61,383 nt of DNA from an uncultured archaeon (lineage in GTDB: Archaea; Asgardarchaeota; Heimdallarchaeia; Heimdallarchaeales; Kariarchaeaceae), in the NCBI GenBank assembly GCA_964645535.1, contig CAZYCQ010000005.1, forward strand, positions 1-61,383, read 5' to 3'. The translations under genes were made by a program, and so were the position numbers. Positions 1-9,062 of this stretch are shown in pieces. Within the stretch, counting starts at the first letter, position 1. Every line of letters begins with the position of its first letter. The notes below the pieces were generated by a model. The model made no database searches and had not been told where the DNA came from. It saw only the letters and a list, made by a program, of their open reading frames with translations.

Positions 1-2
1 TT

Positions 3-392
3 CTTCTCTATCTCATTCGGCCAGAAAAACGAATAGAGCCATTGAAATATCCTCCTGAATTGGCCTTGCATTCTCTTGAGGAGTTACAGGAATTTCTTAT
101 GACTGATCCCTATCAGCGTAAGCTGATAACGGTATTGAAGGCAGAGTGTGATTTCTGCAAGCTTCAAGCGGAAGAGGTTGCGGGAATCCCCGATTTGAAC
201 AGGTTGTACCGCATCATTGACTTGACCGAGAAAGACCATTTGGATCCATTCATTCTGGAATTTCTGAACTTTGAAGACCCCTCTAAAATTAAGGTGCCCA
301 CTTCAGTGATCATTGAAAATGGTTTGAGTTTTGACCGAAAGGATGGGGTATTAACTAGGGATGAGCTTTTGGCTATTCTTTCTGGCTTTTGA
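3..392 (+). CDS. 5'-truncated protein with C-terminal thioredoxin-like (CxxC) domain
   Basis: The frame is open from base 3 (LLYLIRPEKRIEPLKYP...), so the gene begins before the window. It has a CDFC motif, a 'KVPT' cis-Pro loop and a C-terminal 'GVLTRDEL' helix typical of the Trx fold. Confidence 0.6.
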   Translation, partial: LLYLIRPEKRIEPLKYPPELALHSLEELQEFLMTDPYQRKLITVLKAECDFCKLQAEEVAGIPDLNRLYRIIDLTEKDHLDPFILEFLNFEDPSKIKVPTSVIIENGLSFDRKDGVLTRDELLAILSGF

Positions 393-999
393 AATGTACC
401 AATAACAGGTTTTCCAACCCCAATGAAAGTGTTGCCACAAGCTCCCATTTGACCTCCAATTCTTCTGCTTTCATTTCAATTTCAGTCACATTTGTCGCGA
501 TGGTACTAAAAATCACAAATGCTTCTTGAGTTGGTTCCAACCCCTCAACCAATTTCCATGCCGTTTCATCTCCTTTCTTTCCTCCAATGAGTGCCAACCG
601 ATCTGCTTTGGAAAGGTATGGATCAAATTCTGGATCTTCTGGAAGGTAAGGTGGATTGAACAAAATTGTTTTGGGAAGTCCATCTCTTCTGAATGGTGTC
701 AATAAATGCCCTGCAACAACACAAATGGACAAATTATTGATTCTTGCATTCTCTGCTGTTTGAACTGCAGCTTCAAAATTCCGATCAATGGTAATGTTGA
801 ACTGGGCTGGATCCGAAAGGGTCAGGATTACCGCACCACTTCCACATCCCACTTCCACTAACCCTTCCTTCTTTCTTTTTGGAAAGTCGCTTCTGTTCAA
901 TATACCGTCAATCATGAAGAACGTGTCTTCCCGTGGTTCGTAAACTGAATCTGAATAATAAATTTGTTTTCCATTTATTTCCTTATATCGTCTTTCTAT
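373..999 (-). CDS. HemK2/N6AMT1-type release factor glutamine methyltransferase (archaeal PrmC)
   Basis: SAM motif EVGCGSG and NPPY are present. The family N-terminal motif VYEPREDT is in frame upstream of ATG 915. Start is uncertain (ATA at 999 proposed). Confidence 0.85.
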   Translation of the reverse strand: MERRYKEINGKQIYYSDSVYEPREDTFFMIDGILNRSDFPKRKKEGLVEVGCGSGAVILTLSDPAQFNITIDRNFEAAVQTAENARINNLSICVVAGHLLTPFRRDGLPKTILFNPPYLPEDPEFDPYLSKADRLALIGGKKGDETAWKLVEGLEPTQEAFVIFSTIATNVTEIEMKAEELEVKWELVATLSLGLENLLLVHFKSQKE

Positions 1000-1832
1000 T
1001 TTGTTTTCCCTCCCTTTGCCAATGGAAATGCATTCTCCGATTTAAGAAATTCCAAAATGTCGATTAGATGTGGCACATCTAATTGAAATACCCTCATGTC
1101 TTTGTATGGGACTTGTTCCCAAATTTCTTTTTCATTATTTCGTTTAAGATACCCTCTTACGACTTTTCGGACAGTTCGGTTTTTGAGAGTGAAGAGATTT
1201 TTCGCCAACAGTTCAAAATCCTTGGTCACTATTGACCTTTTCTCATGGGGTATGATTTTCAGGACTGATGAATGAACCTTCGGTTCTGGTATGAATGCCT
1301 CTGGAGGAACATCCATGATTTTTTTTGGTTCTCCATGGAATCTTGTAATCACACTCAATCTTCCGTATGCCTTGCTTCCTGGTTTTGCGACAATTCGATC
1401 AACAACTTCTTTTTGTAGCATTACCACGATTGAATTGAACGATTGGTTCATTGCCCTGACAAGAATATTTGAACCAACTGAATAGGGAAGGTTGGAGATG
1501 AAATGAGTAGCTGACGGCCATGTGATTTTCAATGCATCTCCCAAGATGATTTCTGCCCCTTTTGCCTTTTCTTCTAGAATGGGGATGAATTTCTCATTTT
1601 TCTCAATGATTGTGAGGTTCCTTGTATGTTGCAAAATCGCCATGGATAGAATTCCAAAACCTCCTCCAATTTCCAAAACCTCGCTTTGTTGCGTTATTCC
1701 TGATTCCTTTACCATTCTTGCAGTTATGCTTGGGCGGATAAGGAAATGAGTTCCACTTTTCCCTCGAAGTTGCTTGGGGTGTAAATTCAACTCCTTCATT
1801 TTTCGGGAGACAAAGCTCCTCCAATCTATCAC
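996..1832 (-). CDS. ksgA: 16S rRNA adenine dimethyltransferase KsgA/Dim1
   Basis: GTHFL (GQxFL-like), VLEIGGGFG, SNLPY, MLQKEV, YGRLSV and FIPEPKVHS motifs. Confidence 0.93.
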   Translation of the reverse strand: MIDWRSFVSRKMKELNLHPKQLRGKSGTHFLIRPSITARMVKESGITQQSEVLEIGGGFGILSMAILQHTRNLTIIEKNEKFIPILEEKAKGAEIILGDALKITWPSATHFISNLPYSVGSNILVRAMNQSFNSIVVMLQKEVVDRIVAKPGSKAYGRLSVITRFHGEPKKIMDVPPEAFIPEPKVHSSVLKIIPHEKRSIVTKDFELLAKNLFTLKNRTVRKVVRGYLKRNNEKEIWEQVPYKDMRVFQLDVPHLIDILEFLKSENAFPLAKGGKTK

Positions 1833-1931
1833 AATTTGTTATTGCTGTTTCCATATCAAAAACTGTGGGTTCTTGTCACTATTCTTGGATTTTATTCCCA
1901 AAGCTGTAAAAAGACCTCTCCTCAAATATGG

Positions 1932-2759
1932 ATGATGGATGTCTGGTATGTGTTTGTGGCTTTTGCTTCAAATCTTTTCATTGGATATGTTGCTTTTCAC
2001 AAAAAAGCGTTGAAATACCCCTCTGGCTTCATTGCCGCCGCCATTGTTGGAATAACAATATTTATGGCTTCTTGGCGTGTCTGGGTGGTTCTTGCAACAT
2101 TTTTCATCACTTCATCACTTCTTTCCAAGTTTCGAGAGAATGATCCTCTTAAGAAAAAAGCAATGGCTTTTGCCGAAAAGGGTTCACAACGTGACCATAT
2201 TCAGGTTTTTGCAAACGGTGGCGGAGCTTTCATTTTTTCCTGCCTTGGAATTCTTGCAATGGGAATCGATATCCAAAACACTCCTCCAATAATTCTTGGT
2301 GCAGTTGCTTCCCTTGCGGCAAGCACTTCGGACACATGGTCAACTGAAATCGGTACCAGTTCTCCAACCCCGCCTGTTCTGATTTATAGACCATGGGAAA
2401 AGGTTCCTCGAGGAACCTCTGGTGGAGTTACATTGTTGGGTACTGTGGCCTCATTCTTCGGGGCTTTCCTGATTTCATGTGTTTTCTTTCTTCTAGATGC
2501 TTTTTCAATTGAGAATGCATTGGTGATACTGATTGCAGGATTTGCTGGAGGATTTGTCGATTCGATTTTAGGGGGCACAATCCAGGCCACATTTTCATGT
2601 TCAGTTTGCAATAAGAAAACAGAACGTCTAGTCCATTGCAATAGTCCCACGGTTCATATTGGTGGAATTAGGTGGTTCAACAATGATGCTGTTAACTTTG
2701 TAGCTAGCTTTTCTGCTGGTTTACTGGCTTGGTTCCTTGCCTCTATTCTTCCGATTTGA
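1932..2759 (+). CDS. DUF92/TMEM19 family membrane protein
   Basis: RDHIQVFANG, SDTWSTEIG, GTSGGVTLLG, DSILGGTIQ and NNDAVNF motifs, a CxxC insert and multiple TM helices. Start moved to ATG 1932/1935. Confidence 0.9.
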   Translation: MMDVWYVFVAFASNLFIGYVAFHKKALKYPSGFIAAAIVGITIFMASWRVWVVLATFFITSSLLSKFRENDPLKKKAMAFAEKGSQRDHIQVFANGGGAFIFSCLGILAMGIDIQNTPPIILGAVASLAASTSDTWSTEIGTSSPTPPVLIYRPWEKVPRGTSGGVTLLGTVASFFGAFLISCVFFLLDAFSIENALVILIAGFAGGFVDSILGGTIQATFSCSVCNKKTERLVHCNSPTVHIGGIRWFNNDAVNFVASFSAGLLAWFLASILPI

Positions 2760-4140
2760 GCCACATTTCAAGTATTTTATCAATTTTTTCCAGAACTTGT
2801 TTCTCAATATCTTTCTCAAAAAGACAAATGGTTCCTTCTGGCATTTGAATAATTTTCAGTCCAAGACCTGGTTCTCGTTGAATCTCTCGAAACAAATTTT
2901 TCACATCTCTAGTTTTCCGAATTGGCTTTGGAAGTGTCAATCCGATTGCCACTTGGTTCTGTTTTCTGGCAATGATGGCAATTGCTTCCTCCGATGGAAC
3001 AAGACCGTTTGCTACCATTATTTGAGAGACAGCTTGGGCATATTGCCAAGGAAGAGAATCCGAATGGGAAAAACTAAGATGAACTAACCTTTCAGGTTCT
3101 GGACGTGCCTGGATTTGGTTAAATGCCGCAATTGCCTGTTTTCTTAACTCAATGGTTTTTGATCTGATGGAATAATAAATCTCATCACGATCTCCCAACA
3201 AAATTGGAATTGCCAGATGTATCTGGTCTTCGTGCTCCAAATCGCGTAACAGTTGTGCATATTCATGCAGATATCGCAAGATTGAGCCTGGGGGCTCTAT
3301 TTTTGAAATGTAAATGTCTGCAATCGGCATTACAGTTTCGGGTAGAAACTTATTCCCAGTTGTCTCAACAACGATTGCGTTGACTAATTTCTTCATTTCA
3401 TTTTCGCTGAGTTGTTCAAGTGCTCTTTCTCCCTCTCTATCCTCAATTTCAACTCCTGCCTTAATCAACATCTTTTCAACTGCATTCTTGTTTCCTGTTA
3501 GACCTGGGAAAACGGGAAGCACAGAATAGTATATTGCTTCTGCAATGGAAAAGTAATTGCTTCCTAGAATCTTGAATCCTGTTTTCTGTTCAACAACACC
3601 TGCCTCAATTGCATCATGAAGTATCATTTCATTGAGTCCTTTAATTGCTCCATGATTTGCTAAGGCAGAAACAAGAGGTCTTATTAGTATGGAGGTCACA
3701 TCATGAACCAAAGAAGATGCGATGAAAAATGCAACCGAGGAAAGTGTCGCTAACTCCTTACCATACCCGTAGGGTTCCGCAGAAAACACATTTTGTCCGA
3801 TCTCTGTTTCTTTTTCCTCCTGTTTGGGAAGTATCAATATGGGCTCTTCTTTTTCAGGAATCTGTTTTGCTTCATTGATCCCCACTCCGATAATGATCGC
3901 GGATGTTTCACTTACTTCAATTTCTTCCTTAAGTTCCTTGAATTTTGTGAAATTACGGAGATGGCATGGTTGTGATTTCGAATAAAAAACATTGGCGAAA
4001 ATGGTCGCTGCAACTGCTGAATCCACATTATTTGAATAATGGATGGTTATTGGTGGTTCCATTTTATTGATTCCTTCCGCAACCCGGATGGCTGCATTGA
4101 GGAAATCATTAAACCGTTGGACTACTGGCGTATCTTCCAT
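2743..4140 (-). CDS. RecJ/GAN/Cdc45-like DHH-superfamily protein, catalytically degenerate
   Basis: Has the archaeal RecJ middle segment (GLNEMILHDAIEAG...YSVLPVFPGLTG...EMKKL) and lies next to rps15. Catalytic motifs are altered (NVDS, GVG, PKQ, SALAN). Confidence 0.75.
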   Translation of the reverse strand: MEDTPVVQRFNDFLNAAIRVAEGINKMEPPITIHYSNNVDSAVAATIFANVFYSKSQPCHLRNFTKFKELKEEIEVSETSAIIIGVGINEAKQIPEKEEPILILPKQEEKETEIGQNVFSAEPYGYGKELATLSSVAFFIASSLVHDVTSILIRPLVSALANHGAIKGLNEMILHDAIEAGVVEQKTGFKILGSNYFSIAEAIYYSVLPVFPGLTGNKNAVEKMLIKAGVEIEDREGERALEQLSENEMKKLVNAIVVETTGNKFLPETVMPIADIYISKIEPPGSILRYLHEYAQLLRDLEHEDQIHLAIPILLGDRDEIYYSIRSKTIELRKQAIAAFNQIQARPEPERLVHLSFSHSDSLPWQYAQAVSQIMVANGLVPSEEAIAIIARKQNQVAIGLTLPKPIRKTRDVKNLFREIQREPGLGLKIIQMPEGTICLFEKDIEKQVLEKIDKILEMWLKSEE

Positions 4141-4230
4141 TCAAGTTGAAATGATCATGTGAATTCTTAAACTTCTTGAACTCTTAGTGGTCTTCTATTC
4201 TTTTTACTTAGCCAGTTTCTATCAAATTAT

Positions 4231-4240
4231 TTTTTAATAA
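4231..4240 (+). promoter_or_regulatory. Probable TATA box of rps15
   Basis: TTTTTAATAA lies about 20-25 nt upstream of the leader hairpin. Confidence 0.5.
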
Positions 4241-4256
4241 TCATTTCTCCGTTAAG

Positions 4257-4306
4257 TTGAGAATACTGGTGCTATCTGGAAAGAAGGAACTGGTATTCCT
4301 CAGGAG
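4257..4306 (+). promoter_or_regulatory. Candidate uS15 autoregulatory mRNA leader hairpin overlapping the Shine-Dalgarno
   Basis: 4257-4270 pairs with 4289-4303. An inner UCU-GGAA-AGA forms a GNRA-capped stem, and G4268.U4291/G4269-C4290 form a tandem pair. SD AGGAG is at 4302-4306. Confidence 0.55.
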
Positions 4307-4315
4307 TGTTGCCCC

Positions 4316-4771
4316 ATGGCAAGAATGCATTCAAGAAAAAAAGGAAAAGCAAAAAGCAGAAAACCTTATGTGACTGAAATCCCCGAATGGACTCCTCTAT
4401 CTCCCAAGGAGGTCGAAGATCTTGTCGTTCAGTTATATAGAAAAGGTACTCCGATGGCTCAAGTTGGTTTGATCTTGAGGGATCAATATGGTGTACCAAG
4501 CGTGAAACTGGTGACCGGCAAAAAGATCTCAAAAATCTTGGAGGAGGCAAAATTGAAACCAGAATTCCCCGAAGACCTCATTAATCTTATTAAACGGGCA
4601 ATGAACTTGAGAAACCATCTTTCAGAAAACAAGAAGGATCTGAGTTCTGCTCATGGGTTGAAGAGAATTGAATCCAAAATCTACCGTTTAGCCAAGTATT
4701 ATCGGGAATCTGGGCGGATTCCTGCCGATTGGAAATACGATCCGAAACGTGCATCCGTTCTTCTCCGGTAA
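4316..4771 (+). CDS. rps15: 30S ribosomal protein uS15 (archaeal/eukaryotic S13e type)
   Basis: MARMHSRKKG start, GLILRDQYGVP, PEDL and ESKIYRLAKYY motifs. Confidence 0.98.
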   Translation: MARMHSRKKGKAKSRKPYVTEIPEWTPLSPKEVEDLVVQLYRKGTPMAQVGLILRDQYGVPSVKLVTGKKISKILEEAKLKPEFPEDLINLIKRAMNLRNHLSENKKDLSSAHGLKRIESKIYRLAKYYRESGRIPADWKYDPKRASVLLR

Positions 4772-5401
4772 TCACTTCTTCTTCAAAAACTGCAAAATTA
4801 ATACCGGAATCTGTTTTCTTCTTTTTTTATGAAAATTCAACGTTGCAGGCAAGTCAAAATTTTCCGAATAGTACCCTTTCAATATCCATCCTTCTTTTCG
4901 TGCCATTTCTGAAAAAAACGGAAGGTTTCTTTTTACACCATCAACTATTGCATATATCACTTTTGAATACTGAAATGCTTGCTTGATGAATTGAGAATCT
5001 TTGAATGTTTTCTGTTTGATCCCGAATGGTGGATTGAGAAAAACAGTGTCTGCTTTTTCAGGAGGCCTCCATGCTCGTCCATCTGCTTGAATAATTTGCA
5101 CATCAGTTTCTGTCCGGCGAATATTTTCCTCAAGTATCTTGATTGCCTCAAGGTCATATTCCACTGCGAAAACCTTTTTTGCTCCTTTAAGGGATGCTGC
5201 AATGGCAAATCCTCCTGTTCCAGCACAAAGATCCACTACAATTTTCCCCTCAATATCCCCTGCCATGTGTGCATGGTGTACAATTGATGCAATTATTTGT
5301 GGTGGTGTGGCGTATTGCTCCAATTCTACCTTGGCATTGGTAAATCTTCTGATCTTCTTGGTAAGAAAGATTTCCAATTGATCTTTGTTAATTCCTCTCA
5401 C
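4772..5401 (-). CDS. METTL5-family (COG2263) RNA N6-adenine methyltransferase
   Basis: LEQYATP, DLCAGTG, NPPFG and C-terminal FHKK motifs. The GTG start overlaps the nop10 stop (GTGA). Confidence 0.88.
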   Translation of the reverse strand: MRGINKDQLEIFLTKKIRRFTNAKVELEQYATPPQIIASIVHHAHMAGDIEGKIVVDLCAGTGGFAIAASLKGAKKVFAVEYDLEAIKILEENIRRTETDVQIIQADGRAWRPPEKADTVFLNPPFGIKQKTFKDSQFIKQAFQYSKVIYAIVDGVKRNLPFFSEMARKEGWILKGYYSENFDLPATLNFHKKRRKQIPVLILQFLKKK

Positions 5402-5550
5402 CTGCTTTTTTTGATGTATTTGCGATATTTCACTTCCTTTTCAAGTGAAAAACGCATGGGATATGGATATTCTGCTTTCGCACCACAATTGGGGCAATTT
5501 TTACTTAATGTATATCTTTTACATTCTACGCATTTGCGCAAGGTTTTCAT
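5398..5550 (-). CDS. nop10: H/ACA RNP protein Nop10 (missing from the ORF track, 50 aa)
   Basis: Manual translation gives MKTLRKCVECKRYTLSKNCPNCGAKAEYPYPMRFSLEKEVKYRKYIKKSR. It has a CxxC..YTL..CPxCG zinc ribbon and the canonical position after eIF2-alpha. Confidence 0.93.
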   Translation of the reverse strand: MKTLRKCVECKRYTLSKNCPNCGAKAEYPYPMRFSLEKEVKYRKYIKKSR

Positions 5551-5560
5551 CACAATCACT

Positions 5561-6367
5561 CTATTTCTTGTCTTGCACTTCTGTTACCGCCAAGTCCAGT
5601 TGGAGTTCTTCTGCCTTCTTCTTCACCATGTCAAGAGCTGTTTTTTTTGCATCATCTACTTCTTCATAGTATTTGCTGCTTAGATAAAGTCTGTATTTTG
5701 GAGCTCCCACAGTCGTCAGTTCATATTCAACATCCTTGAATTCGTTCAAGACCTTTTCAGTATCCAATAGTGCCTCTTTAATCCGGAAGACTCCGTCTGC
5801 AGCAAATGACCTGAGACCAATGATGATTTCTTGTTCTGCAATGTTGACCTTGATACTTGCTGTGGCAATCTCCACAATCGCATCTCTAACTTCCTTTGGA
5901 AAATCTATTCCTTCCAAGGCTTCCTCTCCGTCTGTTGCAATAGCTTCAAATCCTGCATAAAGACTATAGAACTGTTCCTCCAAAGGTGGACGGATCATTT
6001 TGTCTATTTCATCATAGGTCTTCCCAAGTTTTTCTGCAATCAGGCGGACTATTGCTTTGGCCGACATCATGAGTTTGTATTCTCTGATCTTTTCCTTTCT
6101 TTGCGGGGCGGATACCCTTTTGATACTGATGTCCACTTGTCCGGATCTCTCATCAACCCGCATGACTTTGGCAACTACTTGCTGATCCAATCTGACGTGG
6201 TTTCTTATGTTTCTGATCCAAGTGGGTGCAATTTCTGATATGTGGCAATATGCTTCCACTCCCGGATATTCCAAGAGTTTCGCATATATCCCATGCCCCA
6301 TGATCTTTGAAATCGAAGCAACGACCAAGTCATTTTTACGTGGCAGCTCCATTTGTTTAGTACTCAT
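5561..6367 (-). CDS. eif2a: Translation initiation factor aIF2/eIF2 alpha subunit
   Basis: N-terminal S1 domain (HISEIAPTWIRNIR, VDISIKRV) and GAPKYRL motif. Confidence 0.96.
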   Translation of the reverse strand: MSTKQMELPRKNDLVVASISKIMGHGIYAKLLEYPGVEAYCHISEIAPTWIRNIRNHVRLDQQVVAKVMRVDERSGQVDISIKRVSAPQRKEKIREYKLMMSAKAIVRLIAEKLGKTYDEIDKMIRPPLEEQFYSLYAGFEAIATDGEEALEGIDFPKEVRDAIVEIATASIKVNIAEQEIIIGLRSFAADGVFRIKEALLDTEKVLNEFKDVEYELTTVGAPKYRLYLSSKYYEEVDDAKKTALDMVKKKAEELQLDLAVTEVQDKK

Positions 6368-6477
6368 CTTAAACCAATCCTCTGTTTACTTCATTAAAAG
6401 GGTAAAGGTTGATCAACATCAATGTTTTGTTATTGATATGAGCTTTTTTATCTTTCAAAAACACGATTTCCATAGCA

Positions 6478-7017
6478 ATGGACGATCCTTACAATTTCTT
6501 CCCCCACTTTGAACCTTCTTCGACAAAAAATTTTTCCCCTTCACTTCCCTCACGGTTTTGGTTGGTGACTGGAAATGGGGAGAGTAATGTTTCTCCCCTT
6601 AATGCTTTTGATGCCGCTCTAGTCAATGCAGGAATCGGCCATCTAAACTTGATTCAATATTCTTCTATCCTCCCTGCAAACGCGTCAATTTCTTCTCCTC
6701 CCGTCAATATAGCCCCTGGATCCCGTACTGGTACTATTCTTGCCATTGCCGAGGGAGAGAAAGGAGAGTATATTTCTGCGGGTATGGCTTTTGGGGAAGT
6801 GGTTTCTCCTTCTCCACATTATGTTGTCTTTGAAGCTCATGGAAAAGAACCTGACAGTTCCCTGAAAAAAAGGCTTGAATTAATGATACAGGAAGCGATT
6901 TCTCTTCGACAATCCCCTCTCCCTCCTTTTCTAAGAGTGATTAATGGTCTTCAAATTGAAAAAAGATATGGTTGCTCAATTGTTGCTGTGGTGTTTGATC
7001 CTACTGTCTATTCCTAA
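6478..7017 (+). CDS. pdaD: Pyruvoyl-dependent arginine decarboxylase
   Basis: LNAFDAALVNAGIGHLNLIQYSSILP motif with the Ser-Ser autocleavage site. Confidence 0.88.
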   Translation: MDDPYNFFPHFEPSSTKNFSPSLPSRFWLVTGNGESNVSPLNAFDAALVNAGIGHLNLIQYSSILPANASISSPPVNIAPGSRTGTILAIAEGEKGEYISAGMAFGEVVSPSPHYVVFEAHGKEPDSSLKKRLELMIQEAISLRQSPLPPFLRVINGLQIEKRYGCSIVAVVFDPTVYS

Positions 7018-7655
7018 ATTGCCTCTGAGAGTCTAGCAAGTTCCAACATGATTGTCCTAAGTTTATTTGGATTGTTTATTCCAAAACTTGAGAAAAGGGA
7101 TTGAACCACTCCCTTTGTCTCCTCTTTGAAATAGTGGAGATTCAAAAGGTGGGCAAGAATATGGAAAAGAGATGTGGGCGTAATCTTCAGAAATTTTGCA
7201 ACAAACTTTGGATCAATGGCTTCATTAAGAATCCCCTTTTTGATTTCTATTATTTTTTCAACACGAGAACGTAGATAATCCAGGAAATATTTGTCAATGT
7301 TTCCTCTTATTCGCAATTCCCTTCGTATTCCATTCACAAGCTGATGGTCTGGCTCAAATACCAGATATCGAAGAAATTCTCCCAATGCCCGTAACTCAAA
7401 GATTGGAATTTCCCTTTTCACTATTTTGTAAATTTCCTTTTCCAAACTTTGATCCGTACTCTCTTGATGTTCTATCACAGATTTGCATCGATTGCAGATG
7501 TAAACTCCGACTGATTGCAATTGAAGGTTGTTTCTTGAAAAACAGTATGAGCATCTTCTGTGTTTCCCCTTTGTGACCGGGTTTTGGGAATGGTCATAAG
7601 CAAACGATTGGAACATGGTCGGAATCATACAAAAATCTCTCCTGAGAATTATCAA
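7014..7655 (-). CDS. Hypothetical protein with N-terminal C4 zinc ribbon
   Basis: CSYC...CNRC followed by a helical domain. Start uncertain. Confidence 0.6.
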   Translation of the reverse strand: MIILRRDFCMIPTMFQSFAYDHSQNPVTKGKHRRCSYCFSRNNLQLQSVGVYICNRCKSVIEHQESTDQSLEKEIYKIVKREIPIFELRALGEFLRYLVFEPDHQLVNGIRRELRIRGNIDKYFLDYLRSRVEKIIEIKKGILNEAIDPKFVAKFLKITPTSLFHILAHLLNLHYFKEETKGVVQSLFSSFGINNPNKLRTIMLELARLSEAI

Positions 7656-7795
7656 AGGAGGTCTGCTCTCAGTGACACCTGCGTATTGTGCCTTCCTTCA
7701 TTAAACTCAATAAAAACATAGTCCTATCTTGGTTATATCTTCTAAGGGACCTTCTTACAGGTGAAAATAGGGTGAAAAACGCGCCAATTCCGAAT

Positions 7796-8134
7796 CTATT
7801 GGAGATCTTCCAATCTCTCAAGGAGATCTTGTGCATTGGCTTTTACTGCTAGGATTTTCACGATATCTACAAGTTCCTTGAATTTTTGGTTGAGATCCAT
7901 TTCGCCATTCCCCTGCTTATTGGGGCTGGCGCCGATTAGGGGGGCTTTCAACTTATAATGAAATGATTTCCCAAATTCATATCTATGCAAAATTCCTTGG
8001 TCTACAAGTGCTTGTAGCTTTATCTCGAAGTCAGGTATACCTCCGAATCGGAATTTTAGCTCTGCTTCAGTCACTGTTGTTCCGACAGAGGGAAAGACCT
8101 CAACAAGTTTTTTCTTGAATTCTTCCATGGGCAT
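7796..8134 (-). CDS. Small winged-helix-like protein
   Basis: Pattern VTEAEL...LQALVDQGIL...HYKL resembles a wHTH, followed by a C-terminal helix. Confidence 0.55.
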   Translation of the reverse strand: MPMEEFKKKLVEVFPSVGTTVTEAELKFRFGGIPDFEIKLQALVDQGILHRYEFGKSFHYKLKAPLIGASPNKQGNGEMDLNQKFKELVDIVKILAVKANAQDLLERLEDLQ

Positions 8135-8172
8135 TATATAATTGCTTCTTATTTGAACTTTATTTCTGCTTT

Positions 8173-8916
8173 TTACTGATATATGATATTGGGTTTCGTC
8201 AATTCCTTTAGCTCGTAGCCAATTTTTTCATTTCCTTTCTCGTTAACAATGAAAATCGTCGTTATGATCTGCTTTTCTTTCAATGATTGGATCGTCGGAT
8301 TGATAGTTACTTCCGACTTATTCATGGTCTCGCATAACTCATCTAAGGTTGCTCTTCCTCCCTTCTCAATTAGCTTCAGAATCAAATCTGTTTCATCTGC
8401 ACTTAACCCTTTTCCTCTGAGAAGGTCACTGAGGTGGAGAATCATGCCTTGATATTTTCTGATATATCTTGCGGCTTCAGTTTCCAGAATGTCCACCTGT
8501 TTTTTCAGCTGTGGCAATTCTTTCAATCCTGTGCGAATAATGTCCGATAGATTCTCCATCTCCTGCGGTGCTTCCAGTTGAAGTGGATTGGTCTCTCCTA
8601 CTTCCGATTGAGAAAGTTGGTTTGCGTGAGCGGCGAAGAGGTGTCTTCCAAAGGTGAACCGGAGGTTAACATCTTTTTTGAGGGAATAATATTCTCTGTC
8701 TGGGCCAATTCCGGAAGACCTTTTTTCGGAAGTAATTAATCCATTCTCTGCAAGCATAATTAGGTGGTTGCTTACTGCTCGAGGTGTGATGTTCAGGATC
8801 TTGGCCAATTCATATGCGTATCTATCTTCAATGCTCAGCAATCGCAGTATTTCACGGCGATGCTTATTGGACAATAGATCCAATATCCTGTCAATATCCA
8901 TTTCTTTCACTTTCAA
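8173..8916 (-). CDS. ArsR-family regulator, Phr/HSR1 heat-shock repressor-like, with second C-terminal wHTH
   Basis: LSNKHRREILRLL...AVSNHL...GPDREYY, a coiled coil and a second wHTH. GGAGG SD lies upstream. Confidence 0.8.
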   Translation of the reverse strand: MKVKEMDIDRILDLLSNKHRREILRLLSIEDRYAYELAKILNITPRAVSNHLIMLAENGLITSEKRSSGIGPDREYYSLKKDVNLRFTFGRHLFAAHANQLSQSEVGETNPLQLEAPQEMENLSDIIRTGLKELPQLKKQVDILETEAARYIRKYQGMILHLSDLLRGKGLSADETDLILKLIEKGGRATLDELCETMNKSEVTINPTIQSLKEKQIITTIFIVNEKGNEKIGYELKELTKPNIIYQ

Positions 8917-9062
8917 GACCTCCTCTTCTGCCGCTTCTATTATACTTTATGTACCATACCATATAAATTTATGGCTTTTGCGCCTATCGGTGGGCGTTCT
9001 CTTGCATTTCCTTATTGAAGCATCCTTACATTAATTTAATAGGCTATCCAACTGAAATTCGA

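Noticed and set aside
5297-5683. Plus-strand ORFs of 128 and 74 aa
   Set aside because: They lie antisense to nop10, eIF2-alpha and the METTL5-like gene, which explain the region.
7760-7779. GGTGAAAA direct repeat
   Set aside because: Short, only two copies, and no supporting context.
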